DNA of 63,224 nt, counting the filler, from Phoronis australis (Eukaryota; Animalia; Phoronida): NCBI GenBank assembly GCA_002633005.1. It is 11 parts of 11 records of this genome, joined end to end, with 100 filler letters (N's around TTAATTAATTAA, not from the genome) between each part and the next. Parts side by side here need not be neighbours in the genome. Positions count along the whole stretch, not along the records: positions 47,580 to 50,103 come from NMRA01003633.1; positions 50,204 to 52,214 come from NMRA01003897.1; positions 52,315 to 63,224 come from NMRA01000161.1; 8 more parts are not named here. One strand, given 5' to 3'. This document shows positions 49,295 to 61,895 of the stretch, in pieces (position 1 is the stretch's first letter; each line of letters begins with the position of its first letter). Both the position numbers and the translations under genes were made by a program. The notes below the pieces were generated by a model. It had not been told where the DNA came from and searched no databases. It was given only the letters and a program-made list of their open reading frames with translations.

Positions 49295-49418
49295 TCCCTC
49301 TAGAATAATGGCTGGCCATGCCAAACATACCACATCCCTCTAGAATAATGGCTGGCTATGCCAAACATACCACATCCCTCTAGAATAATGGCTGGCCATG
49401 CCAAACATACCACATCCC
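49295..49418 (-). repeat. 40-bp tandem repeat (3 copies) spanning the LDLa exon donor
   Basis: Minus-strand unit GGGATGTG|GTATGTTTGGCATGGCCAGCCATTATTCTAGA. Confidence 0.93.
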
Positions 49419-49530
49419 TTCTCATCAGAGTTATCTGAGCAATCGTCATTCCCGTCACATCGTTGAGACTGTTGAACACACTGGCTATTGTCACATTGGA
49501 AGTGTCCAGGAGAGCACGTTGAAGGCAAGG
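49411..49530 (-). CDS. Single LDL-receptor class A (complement-type) repeat exon of an unidentified secreted or membrane protein
   Basis: [36 protein letters not shown] (6 Cys, DxSDE). ttttttgcag| acceptor, G|GTATGT donor, 120 nt, phase 1/1. Confidence 0.92.
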
Positions 49531-50203
49531 CTGCAAAAAATTATTCACTGTTAATCAAAAGCAACACAAGAACAAAATCTCTTCAAGTTGAAAACGGACA
49601 AAACTTTAGACCAACACATTTCCTCTGTTAATCTTTAAGTGGTTTATTTCCCTAGTTTTTGTTTGGGTTTTGCCAAAACTTTGATGAATCCAGGTCAATC
49701 TCGAAGGAATTTTCTAATATTTATTGAAATGTAACAATAACATTGCATTAACTTTTAAGTCATCCAAACCTACTGCAGGATGCAAAAAGTCAAACACTAA
49801 GTTTGTAACATGAAGTCCTTCAAAGTTCTCAACAGACACCAAAACTAATTTAAGTGAGTTTTCATGACAACTGCACAATTGAACAGTTGCTAAAATTGAC
49901 TACAGTTTCGTCAACTCAATCATGTGATGTAGTCTTAGTCAAACAGACAAAAGCCGAAAGTAATCAAGTGTGTCTACATGAATTGCTGGGCGATTTTGGA
50001 TATTTTTTCTCTCACTGCGAATTACATCCAACTACAAACTCTAATGTCAATTCTTTTCATTAAGGCCTTTTTGAGCAAAGATGCGCCAAAAAGAGGAAGG
50101 CCTNNNNNNNNNNNNNNNNNNNNNNNNNNNNNNNNNNNNNNNNNNNNTTAATTAATTAANNNNNNNNNNNNNNNNNNNNNNNNNNNNNNNNNNNNNNNNN
50201 NNN

Positions 50204-50365
50204 AGATTATTACATGTTCTCAGCCGTTATCCCCCTTATCTAGAGTCCTCGTGGATTTTGGAGAATTATCACCCTCGGGGCTAACGCCCCTCGGGCGATA
50301 ATTCTCCAAAATCCACTCGGGCTCTAGATAACGTGGGATAACGACTTCGCCATGTAATAATCTAT
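50204..50365. mobile_element. Foldback MITE, fuller copy of the 17345-17468 family
   Basis: Almost entirely self-complementary (GTGGATTTTGGAGAATTATC ... GATAATTCTCCAAAATCCAC, plus terminal IRs). Confidence 0.82.
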
Positions 50366-50754
50366 ACTTATTAGTTTGCGACGCTTCAAGTTTTCCGAAA
50401 TTAGAGCTAAGTTTCTACGTGAGAGCCTCTGGACAAGTCCGTCTGTTTAAATTTCATAGACTGTTATGTAATTCCGCTACCTCAGTTGTGAAATATGTAC
50501 ACTACGCATCTAAAAAAACCGGCGGAACAACTTGTGTATTGCTGACTAGACTCCACTGATCTTGATTGTTTGTTGCGTCAAAATTCAATACCGGCGTTGT
50601 CACGAAATGGCTCTAATAATTTTCATTTCAATGTGCGAAGATGTAAAACTACCGGCTAAAAGATAAGTTAAACGCTTGTGGTGAGCCAGAGTAGCCAACT
50701 CGGGAGTCAAAATCTGAGATAGCCCTGCACCATAGCCACCAAGCTGAAAAATGC

Positions 50755-50980
50755 GTATCTTGGAACTAATATATTTGTGTTTATTATAGCCTTCGAGTTA
50801 TCAAGCAACATCGCTAAGTTCAGCTGCTCGTGTGGCCGTACAGTTTGATCCATAGCCGGTANATACGCTTTTCAACATCATTTTTCGGCTTAAGACATGC
50901 CAAAAAATGACGGGATATTATTCTGGAGCAGCATAACGACTGTCGGTGCTACACACGTCATATAAACACCGTTTCTCCAT
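50755..50980 (-). pseudogene. Degenerate THAP-domain fragment (transposase-type)
   Basis: MEKRCLYDVCSTDSRY, then across stops and frameshifts RLWIKL.G and KYISSK; resembles the M.KRC..G.C.SDSRY THAP subtype. Confidence 0.5.
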
Positions 50981-51619
50981 TCTTAGCGGACAATTTCTTG
51001 AGCTATAGGCTAAAGTAAGTTTTACTCGACTGCGTTTGGTTTGTCGGGTAAAATGGCGGCTTGGAAAAGCAGACGAAGGTGTGCCAAGAATGCTGCGTTC
51101 TGATTGGTCAATTAAGCCGTCCGTCATAATCCTGGCGATAGGTCAATTGCGGAGGTTTCAAGCGGGGTGTGCCCGGTCGCAATACTGGGAGGCTGCGAAA
51201 TCCGTGACCGGCTCGAAATGGTACCTGAAGTAGTGGAAAATGGTGACGACCCTGAACGACAAATAGTTCTATTGGAGTGATGATCCTATCGAAGTCTCTG
51301 ACGAAGGAATCATCTACCGACAATCCGGGATCCCGTGCCATAAATCGATTGCCTCTGCGCAATCGGACTCCGACGTCCTTTTTGTTTAACCATTAATTAG
51401 CTAGAGACGAAAGTGTAAACGCACTAGAGAATCACGTAATTGGTGGGAAATCTTGAACCTGTAAACACTAAAACAGTAACAGTGATTGGCGACGCAGTTT
51501 TCACACATCTGTCAGTCTCTTCCAACACACTAACCACGCAGGAAGCGAGAGTCTCGTTTGGTTCCCATCCAGACCTGTAATACTTGAAGAAACGGGGAAA
51601 CGGCTTCCTCAAGGTACCT

Positions 51620-51818
51620 AAACTACACGGTCAACGGACTCAAAAACACGGGAACGGACGCATGAACACGACTCACGGACCGACAAACACCGTCCACTGA
51701 CTCACAAACACGGGAACGTACTCACAAAACACGATCCACGCACCCAAATACACGGGACACGGACTCATATTCACGAGGAAACACGGTTAACGGACCGCCA
51801 AACACAGTCAACGGACAA
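51620..51818 (+). repeat. Degenerate 20-21-bp repeat array (AAACACGGnnACGGACnCA)
   Basis: About 9 diverged units, strongly A/C-biased strand. Confidence 0.7.
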
Positions 51819-54358
51819 AATGTCAACTTCAGCGTTGACAGCTGTGTAATGGGTGCGAGATTAAATACACTATAACAACTAATTGAAACTCCAATTTAGG
51901 CAAAACCAAAACCATCTTCAGGCTTGTCGCCACCATCTCTGCTTGATGGGCGACTGGACTGCAGGTTGGGGTCGAGTGCACAATACTGACAAGCCGAAAC
52001 CGTCGGGGAGACGTTCGTGTGAACTGCTTTACAAAAATGCAAGATATACAAAGTTTGCAGTGGTCTATCTATGAAGTCTAAAAGCAACGTTTCTGCTGTT
52101 AACAGGTTCGTAGAAGTTCATCCAAAAACTCGGATCATTAAAAACTATTCTTTATCCTACATAAATCCATTTACTTTTCTTCAAAGCTTGAAAGATTTCA
52201 ATTTCAATCTATGGNNNNNNNNNNNNNNNNNNNNNNNNNNNNNNNNNNNNNNNNNNNNTTAATTAATTAANNNNNNNNNNNNNNNNNNNNNNNNNNNNNN
52301 NNNNNNNNNNNNNNGGGGGGGGTTGAACGCGGCGGAATTGTGTTGCCTTTTTTAGTCCTTCGATAGATTTTGAGAACAGCAGCTCAAATCGCAAGCCACC
52401 GCAACCTTCGGTGAGCCTGTGCATACAATCGCACCTTGCCCAATTTTCCGAGGCAACATGTTTGTGCCCCCTTATGGTATCTTAGATCCGCCACTGGAAA
52501 CATAATGCATTTTTCTTTCCAGAAAGGACAGGGCCCTCAATCCCTCGATTTTGGGGCCGAATATCGGCCCTATTTCCCTCTCAAAAATATTGAAAGTAAC
52601 GCGAAATTCCCCCACTGACGAGGCCTAAAAATTCCCCTAGTGACTGAAATTTTTTTCTCGATCCAAAGTTCAAATCACCTGTAACCACACAGGTGACAAT
52701 TTGAAAGAGCACAAATTGATACTTTAAGTTGAGGCAGAGCCTATGAGAGCTTGCAATCGGCGGGAGTGCTATTGATGATGATCAGGATGTAGAGTTTCCC
52801 CTCGCTCAGCGAAGAAAATCTCCTCTCAGAAGGCACAGGCACCTCAGTTCCCCGACCTCGGATGGAACGAGGCTTCTGGAAACATGATAACTATGATTGC
52901 TCTGTCCAGTTAACTGAATCGAGTTCTAAAACGAGGTTATGCCTTGGACGAACGAATTAAGTGATTTAATTTTAAAATTCAACTTGGTGCAAACTCATAT
53001 TTGAAACCTAATACATGAAATAGACGTAAGAATTATTAAAACCAAGAAAGCAGAATTGATGGTCAAATAATTTTTATTTTCAATTACGAGCCTGTTTTTT
53101 ATTTTAATTAGAATATACATGTATTTAATAACATCAATTATTCTATCAGATCAATGGCAAATCAACTGTTAGTCCTGGTATAGTCCCAACCTCACCAGGA
53201 TCAGGCTATGCTTAATGTTAATATTCTTGATCAACAAATTAAACCAGGTGTGACTATACTTGCACATGACAGCAAGATGCGATGAGCCACCACTGTCGAA
53301 TATATCTCAGTTCAACTCGTCAACAATACGAGCAGATGACCTGGTTTGTGTAGAAAGCATTTTTATCAATAATTTAATTACAAGAAGATACGTAACCCTG
53401 CATTCAGCATAAAACCCAATCCGTAACACTACGATCGCCACAATTTGGTCATATTTACTTTTCATGTTTCGAAAATAATTTTCAAAAAAAATTATACCCT
53501 TTCGTCAGACAACTCTTTGGTGCATTAACTTGTTCTTTAATGTATTTTTCTACGTCTCTGTGGTCAATTGTCGACACATTTTTAAGATTTAATATCCAGG
53601 TTGGACTCGAAAGACCGGCCAGTTAACTCAGGCAATGTCAACTTTCGCTTTGTTTATCGCAGTGAGCCTCGAGTGAATTCGGTCTATACCCATCCAAGAT
53701 GATAGGTACGTGAGGCACAACAGGCTTTCTCATCCGAGTAGGCGGAAAACCCAACTTTATCACGCGCCTTGGTGGGCTCATCCGGAGGCCAATGAAATAA
53801 AAAGTGTTAAAAACTGTACGTCGTTTTCGGTTAGAAGCTACGACCACGAGGCACAAATTCTTGGACGACCATGTGACTTGTTCTCTAAGAACAAAAACAA
53901 GCAATCGCAGCTCCAGGTTGTTGACGCTTCTCGTTAAAACATGACATGATTGCAAAATGAATGCATTACTGATTTAACTTGCTGAACCCAAAACTAGATT
54001 ACAAAACACAAACGATTTAACACCGTGATTCTTCTGGGAGCAAAACATTAAAATAGACAATTATTGGATTTATTTTCTTTCCCCTTGTTGTCAAATAAGG
54101 AACACGGTCATGCACTGCGCCTGTTAGCAAGTCCGGCATGAGGTTCGGAGTACCTGGACTGTTTTCTGCGTTGATAAGTTAGGGACTATCGACAACGGTG
54201 CATTTCTCTCACCAAACGTGGGATTGAATGGAGTACCTAATAATTTTCACGATGTGATTGATACACAGTGTATTGAGATGACGTAGGGTTAAATGACCAT
54301 ATAATTTTGTAATTTTTCCACTGCACATTAGAACATGTAACATGGGCATAATACTCAC

Positions 54359-54423
54359 CTAACATAGAGCACCATACAGGTAACGATGGTAAGGAAAGCG
54401 ATGACATTGCTTGGCTTAGTCAT
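54359..54423 (-). CDS. Candidate signal-peptide exon (MTKPSNVIAFLTIVTCMVLYV-)
   Basis: AAAAATG start, upstream acceptor tttctag| at 54446, hydrophobic core, strong AG|GTGAGT donor (phase 2). Link to the LDLa exon is unproven: two spacers intervene and the phases differ. Confidence 0.55.
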
Positions 54424-54744
54424 TTTTTCGTCTCTTCAGGAATTACTAGAAACAGTAATAACATGCTTTGGCAGTAGCTTTCATGCAGTCTCCGATTTAT
54501 ATTACCAAAGATGAAAGTGCACAGAATTATTGGTGATATTCAATTGGTATGATCGACTATGTTTTAAGAAAACAAAAATATGTGGCAGGCCTGTAGCCAG
54601 CATTGCTCGTGGGTGGTTCGAATTTTAAGTACCGTGGACCTTTGATATTTTGCAAACGTCGACACTGTAGAGTTTTTACTAAGGCCTTGACGCAGCTTAA
54701 CTAGGGGTGAGGGAAATCTATATACACAACGACGACTCTCAGCT

Positions 54745-55500
54745 CTATGTTACCAAGATCAGATGGTACTTGTATTCGTAATACCAGAAATGAGGTTCCC
54801 CTGACGGTTGCTCACAAAGAACGAGACCCAAATTCGGATGTAATGTGGCCCAGAAAGAGAATGTTCCCGCCTTATCCCCTGCCAAACTTTCAAACCGGGA
54901 GTGCTTAAATGAGTAATTACACTTCATTACGTGCTTCGACTGAAATATTTAATCGGAGTAAGATCGACTTGAATATTTTGATCTCGTTGTATTTTGTGTG
55001 TTACTGTACTTGCTTACATGTACATCACTGGAAATGGGAACAGCCCAGTATTCCAAAAGGTTTACTACTCTGAAGGTTCACTATTCCGAAGGTTCACTAC
55101 TCCGAAAAGATCTAAAATTTCCGACTTGTGTGTATCAGATATCCCCTTTTACCTGCAAAAATAAGCGATAGTTCGGTTATTAGATGCACTTGTTGGTGTA
55201 CCTATGCTCAAACAACCCCTGGATTTCGCGCGCAAGCGAAATTGCCCGCATGGCTTTTGAATACGAAAAATGAGTACGTACTTGAAGTAGGAATATTAAT
55301 GAACTATCAACCATGATACATTCATCAAATCCATGTCAAGATCGCATCATTTCACAGCGTGACTGAGCTAGTTTGGGGCCGCTATCCCTCAAACTTACCC
55401 ATCTGAACCACGCACATGGCTGGGTCGAAACTAAATGTAGTTAGCAGGCTACCCTCTTCCTGCCAGTCTTCACGAAGTCAAGGAGTCCTACAGTGAACTT
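54745..55500 (+). mobile_element. Copy of a non-autonomous repeat family; inverted paralogue at 58900-59720
   Basis: Shared blocks TAATACCAGAAATGA, GTAATGTGG.CCAGAAAGAGAA, GCTTAAATGAGT.ATTACAC, GGAAATGGGAACAG + 16-bp CCGAAGGTTCACTACT repeats, TCAACCATGA.ACATTCATCAAATCCATG. Confidence 0.75.
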
Positions 55501-58500
55501 TCTGCTATTTTCTTTCTTGGTTGATTTTAAGACGTTCACTCGGCACTACATTTTGCTAGCTCTCTCGCTGCTACATAGCTAGAACCGGATCCCAGAGCTT
55601 TTTGTGCATGAAAAGGTAATAAATTTTCTTTGGTACCACAGTGGTCTATGGGTATCCTCATATTTGGAAATGGCTGTCTGGCAAGTTTGCTCTGGTGGAT
55701 GTGGTCAGGGGAGTCAAGAGAATGGCACTTAAAAACTGAGCTAGATCAACTTTTCTGGTAACCAATTCAAACTGCCTTGGATACCTACTACGTCATCCAC
55801 TGTATCAAAATTGGTCACTGCCAGAAAATTTCAGTGGTAGGGGTGCCCCTGCCAGACGATTATCAAAAAGGGTTAAAAATGAGCAAGATCAACCCAAGAG
55901 GTAACCGCTTAAAACCAGTTGCAAAATATTCACCGCAAGCCCAGGTATCACGAATTAACACAGCCAGACAAATCTAGTGGTGGGTTGTCCCAGCCAGACA
56001 CGTCCAAGTACATGTACCTGAGTTGAGCTAGACAACCCACCAGGTTACCGTTTGAAACCAATTGCAGGATGTTCAGCATCACTGCACGTGGCACAACAAT
56101 TTCAGCGGTGTGTTGCCATCGTCAGACAAATTACAAAGAGTCGAAACAAAATTCATAGTAAGTCCATTCACGCTGAATAAGCATCACATTGAGGAACCAC
56201 GCACTTCGATTTTTAATAAAGCCAATGAGTCCGCACGACATAATTCACCACATAGGGTGAGACATTTTTGTCCGCAAGTCTATGTCAGGGCATGAAAACC
56301 AGAAACATCGCGTCTGAGGTTCGAGCGACCTCACAAGTCTACATGTAAATGTACTTATATGCGACAACAGCGGAATACTCCGTATGATTCACTATTAGAA
56401 ACAAAATCTAAAATCCGTCAGTGACAAATGGCACATTGTGTTTGAACGAATTTCGATTTTTCGTTGTCCCATTTTACCAGTCTAAACAGCGTCCCTCTGT
56501 CTTTGGACGAGTCATTTGATGCAACGGCTAAAACGAGGAATAATCGAAATGCCGTCCTTTGCTGTCGTCTGCGTTATGTATGCGCGCCAACTTCCTTCAT
56601 TTCACACACTGACTGATGACAAAATTGGGAAAACTGGTGGGTTTTTGACAATCTACATCTCTTTCTCCAAAACCGAGCCCACAGAGAACTCCATAGATGC
56701 GTCATGACCAATGACGTCAGTAGCTATATCAACATTTTTCTCGGCAATGCTAGGTGTAGTTTTTGTCCTGAACCGCCCAAACTACGCCAGATGGGGAACA
56801 TTGTAGGAATAACGAGTCCTGACAGTTTCTTAGCTTAGTTAGAATGACTATCATTTCATTTGCACGACACAGATATACGGGCAATAGAACTGGTCGTTTT
56901 TGCCTTCATAGTGAATGTAAAACATGTTCAAATTAATTATTCATACATGTAGATGTTATACATGGTGCTCAGTCATCGTGGCGACGGCACCGGGGATCCA
57001 TATGGGGGGAGGGGGTATCCAACCACTATGTATGATCTTTTTGGAAATGGTGACTGATTTGAAGTTGAATCAAAAATGATTCTAGTTTACGTTTCATCTT
57101 TTTACTTTTATTATTAATAGTTGCAGCCAGGGGGGTCGGGGGTTCGATCTAAACCATCCCCCGCTGAAAAGGTCCAGCCCCAGCATATTCGTTAAAGATA
57201 GGATATAAATGGACAACAACAACAAAATTGTTGCAGTTACTGGTGCTGCTAAGTACAGTGACAACTAAGTTAGTAATGAATTTGAATTTTCTTCTGATTC
57301 AAATAGCTTCACGTGTCACCGGGCCGTACTCAGCCAAATTCGCCCGAGTGCCGCTGTTTGTCTAGATGACAGGATCGTGCATACGATAAGAAGAGGCTTT
57401 ATGTGATTCATAAAGTATGAGCGTGGTGGCTACACCAAAGGATAACAAGGGAGTCTAGAAATGAATGTCTATACCTAAACAAAAAGTCTAGCCCTACGAC
57501 CTAAGTAAGCTAAATGTATACACTGGCGGATTTAGGGGGCCAAGTTTGGCATGGGTCCCTAAAATTTTCCCAGGTACCATTTGGGAGTACGTGGTGCGAA
57601 TTGCTGAATAGCATATGCGCGCACCCAGGGTTTGGGGGTGGGAATGCACAATGCACAGGCCTCAAAGAAACCCCGTTTACCTATTTTTTTTGAAATAAGG
57701 TCCACAAACCCAAAAATTCGAGACCCCTGCATCCCAACATTTTAGGCTGGGCGCGCGCATATGGCGAAATTGTGGTTATTCCTAAGCCCTGCGCCCCCAA
57801 CTCAAAATCCTGGATCCGTCCCTGGTATACATGTACATGTATAGCAACGAGCAGAGCTCCCAAAATTAGTGTGGCGTGAATGCCTTAACTCGACCAAGAA
57901 ACCAAATAGCAGAAACTTGAGATTTGTTATTCTGCTATATTGGTTTAATTGCAAGCATAGTGCGGTAGAAGTGTAGGCGTTTTCAAATTTTGAATTGAAA
58001 GTGATCGTCAAATATGTGATGCAAATATGTTGTTCATCCAGTGTCCACTTTGATTGTCAGGTAGATTGGTGGATTAAAATCCACGCATGTACACGTGTGA
58101 GCGTTTCTGTTCTTCTAAATTCAGTGAATTCATTACAGGCAGTCCTCTGTCGTGCTCATAAATCAATCAGCTACCGTGTTTCCTTGCTCTGAGAATACCC
58201 CGCGGAGCATTTTCACATTATGATGGAAATGTAGGCCTAGATCTCAATGGTGCACAACCCTTCAGACTTCATACGAGCAACAAACTTGATGAAAAAGATT
58301 TCCAAGGTTCCATGTCACTATGACGAAGGTTCAATACTCTGAAGGTCCGGTACTCCGAACGTCCACTACTCCGAAGGTTAGTTACCTTCTAAAATTCACT
58401 GCTTGGAATTTCCATTATTCCTAAACCAGGTGCCGGTCTCTAATCCTTGTACTCGTAACGAATTCGAAATTATTTTTGACAATTTCTCTGCTCCTTTTGT

Positions 58501-58899
58501 GCGAACTCAAGATAATTGGTTATCAGACTGTGGTCAAATAATTATAGTTTATGCACATGAGTTTCTAGTCCAAATTTGTTTCGTGCTACAAAGTCGACTT
58601 AAAACTCGAAATTTTCGAGTTCAAACTCGAACTTTTAGATTTAATGTCGGGTTGATGAACTGCATACTGGGAATAATAAATTATCCAAGTAAGTCATTGT
58701 GTACTCGAGCATAGCATAATAGACACTTATCTTGAATTCGCAAAAAGTGGAGTAAAAATGCCAAACATAATTTCGAGTTCCATTTCGAGTAAAAAGATTC
58801 GAGACTCGGACATTTCACTACTCTTGATTGTGCGATCACGACTCATATTCTCAAGCAGAGACAACATCTGGGGCACGCGTCAAGGCTGCAGCGACCAAC

Positions 58900-60166
58900 G
58901 GCAGTTTCAAATTTAAGAAGAGTGAATGGGACTCCCTGACTTCCGAGGACTGGCAAGGACAGGGTGGCCTACAAACCTCATTTAGTTTCGACCCGGCCGT
59001 CGGCGTCGCACTGCAAGCGATCTTGGCATGGATTTGATGAATGTGTCATGGTTGATAATTCATTAGTATTCCTACTTCATATCATTTTAAAATGCAAGTG
59101 CGTTCTCATTTTGAGACATGCGGGCAATTTCTTAAGCACGGTGAAATCTGATCACCGTTTCCTAAGTTGTGCTTGCCAGCTGGAGACGGTGATCACTGTC
59201 TACATGATATCCAAACAAAGTGTTTTAGTGCCCGGGCGTTGTTTTCAGTATAGGTGCATCTAATAACCCAAATATCGTTAAGTTTGGCATGTAAAATTTT
59301 AAAAATCACATCTGAGTTTGAAAGTTTGGATATTTTTGGAGCAGTGAATCTTCGGAGTAGTGAATCTTCGAAGTAGTGAACCTTCGGAATGGTGAACCTT
59401 CGAGTAGTGAACCTTCGACATAGTTGACTGTTCCCATTTCCAACGATGTGAGCAACTTAAGTAACAGGCTAAAATACAACCTGAAAAGTTGTCAATTAAT
59501 TTATTCGCCAACTAAACTTCGTATTTCCGTATGAGTATGCAAAGAGGTGTAATCACTCATTTAAGCATGGCTGATTTGAAACTTCGGCAGGAGATACTGC
59601 GAGACCGTTCTCTTTCTGGACCACATTACTTCCGAATTTGTGATCTTTGCGAACAACCGTCACAGCATCGTCATTTCTGGTATTACAAATTCCGTCTAAT
59701 CTCATGAACATAGAGCTGAGAGTCATTTCCAAGTATGAGGATGCCCATAGACCAGTGTGGTACAAAAGAAAATTGCTTATCTTTTCATACCTAAAAAAGC
59801 TCTGGGGTCCCGTTCTAAGCCTATCTAGGTACAGACATTTACTTCTAGACTCCCGTGTTACCATATGTTGCAGCCACCACTCGCGTTCAATGCCGATGAA
59901 TAACATAAAGCCTCCTGTAATCGTCTGCAAGATCCTGTCATCAAGCACCATTCGGGCGAAGTTGACGGGGTACGGCCCGATGACTACGTGAACTATTCAA
60001 ATTATTACTCACTTAGTTATCATTGTAGTTAGTAGTACCACTAGCTGCAACAATTTTGTTGTTGTCGTCCATCCATATCCCATCTTTAACGGATAGGCAG
60101 GGTCTGGACTTTTTCCCCGGGGGGTCTTCGATCGAACCCACCGATCCCCCCCTGACTACGGGTCTG
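58900..60166 (-). mobile_element. Longer copy of the same repeat family (hAT-like CAGACCCGTAGTCAGGGG end); its 5' part also occurs at 57120-57480 (+)
   Basis: 57120-57480 aligns to the reverse complement of 59820-60166 (ACAACAACAAAATTGTTGCAG, GGGCCGTAC, GATGACAGGATC, GGGAGTCTAGAA). Confidence 0.7.
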
Positions 60167-61709
60167 TGTAAGCAGTAGATCGTTGCCATACATGTACAAT
60201 ACTTACGAAAAATTCGAATTAAATTATCAGCGAGTATGTTGCAATGCTTTGTTTGACAGCGTTATCGAATCAGCCTTAGTCGATGTCTATCTAATACCGG
60301 CACTTATTACGGACCGGTGCTAATACGCGACGCCGCGGTACACGTGTACGTCAATCGGCAGCCGTTCAATTCCATTGAAACGTTTTAGCGGTATCAAGGT
60401 TGTGAAAAATATAACGCATTTTAAGCAACGAGTTTTGAATTGCTGGTCGTCTGAAAATAGCTATTGTATTTATTCGATACATTTTGCGGGTCGTTGGCAA
60501 TCTTGTGTTTTTCTATTGGCGTTCTTACGCCAGCCAAAATCGAAGCCTGCACAAATTTCCTAAATATAGGCCCACCGAAACATACATGAATAGGCATACT
60601 TTCGGAAAATTTTCCAAAAGTAAGACCATTTGCACATTTTTGATAACCATTTGCGTGTTTTGAAATTCTGAAGGTTTCTTCGAAAGGGCATCTGTAACGT
60701 GCTCTTATGTACAATTGTGTTAGCAATACTATTTTGGGATGGCGATTTCAACGAAATGTTTGTCATTTAACGAGAAATTGGGTGACTTTATTGGTAACTA
60801 ACCGCGTCAGCACGGTAGAAGGGACACTTTTAACGTACTGCGTTTGCCGAAGGCGAAATAAGCTTGGGCGAGTAAAATTCCCTGTTCGTCAGTATTTTTT
60901 CAACACTAAATACACCAATTAATCAACTTATTGCAGTAATTCAGACAAATTTGAAAAGAAATGAAAAAGATCGCGATAACTAAATGGTTGGTGTTACCAG
61001 AAGGAAGTTAGGAAACTGCATCTGCAATCGGTAATTCACACGTAATAATATAAGCGGTTGAGCACAGAAAGCTCTAGAAAGCACTATATTATAGATTCTG
61101 AACTGGTGACTTGTGGAAATGAGTTATGGAACTCTTTTCCATGGCCATTCAATGTAAGTCAATACAGTTGCCAAAATGGGAAATTTCTTTCGTAAATGAA
61201 TTACTGTCTGGTATGTAAATTGACTTTAAAGGGCATGTATTAATTATTGTGCGTAAATGATTTGTTAAGTACACTGTAATTAAATGTTGGCCTCCAACGC
61301 TATACGCCGTGGTTGATTTACATCGTTAAGAATAAATTTACGCCGTTAACAATAGAACGTTACACGCATACAATAAATTTATTACGTAACGTCCACACCT
61401 CTGACAAACGATGATAGGGTAAATTTTATACTCAGATCGCGATCGCGCAACAAACTGGCCCATGGGCAGTTTACGTCCCTCTTCAGCCTAGCAAGCGCAC
61501 TGTTGTGGTTGGCCTCTAGCAGATAGATTCAGATTAAAAACAAGACGTAATGAAAAGCACTTAGGTAAACAAATTGAATTTGCCCATGAAATGCGAAACT
61601 TACCAACTTGTCGATTTGATGTCTGGTCTGTGACTTTCGACGGATGATTGACCCTTATTTATAGAGACTGGCACCAACCGAACGTCCCACATCTAATGAC
61701 TAGATCTAC

Positions 61710-61895
61710 ATGAATAGTTGTCCTTACTCAGTCCAATATTATGTGGTTTTTTTTGCATAAACCAACCCGCATGCTGGCGCTGCGACAAAATAAGATACAT
61801 GCACGCACCCAGCCTAAAAATGGTTGGGCTCGAATTTTTGAGAATGCGGAACTTTTACTACAAGTCACGGAGTATGTTCAGAGCTATGAATTGTG
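61710..61895 (+). pseudogene. Possible Gypsy integrase H2C2 zinc-finger remnant
   Basis: IVV...LH......KIHAR....W......VTEYVQSYELC loosely follows the H..H..KT..R..W...V..YV.SC..C spacing; key ligands are lost. Confidence 0.3.

Noticed and set aside
52615-52650. Hammerhead-ribozyme-like CTGACGAG core (also CTGATGA at about 34015 and 38816)
   Set aside because: No stem II closing onto GAAA and no compatible stems I/III.
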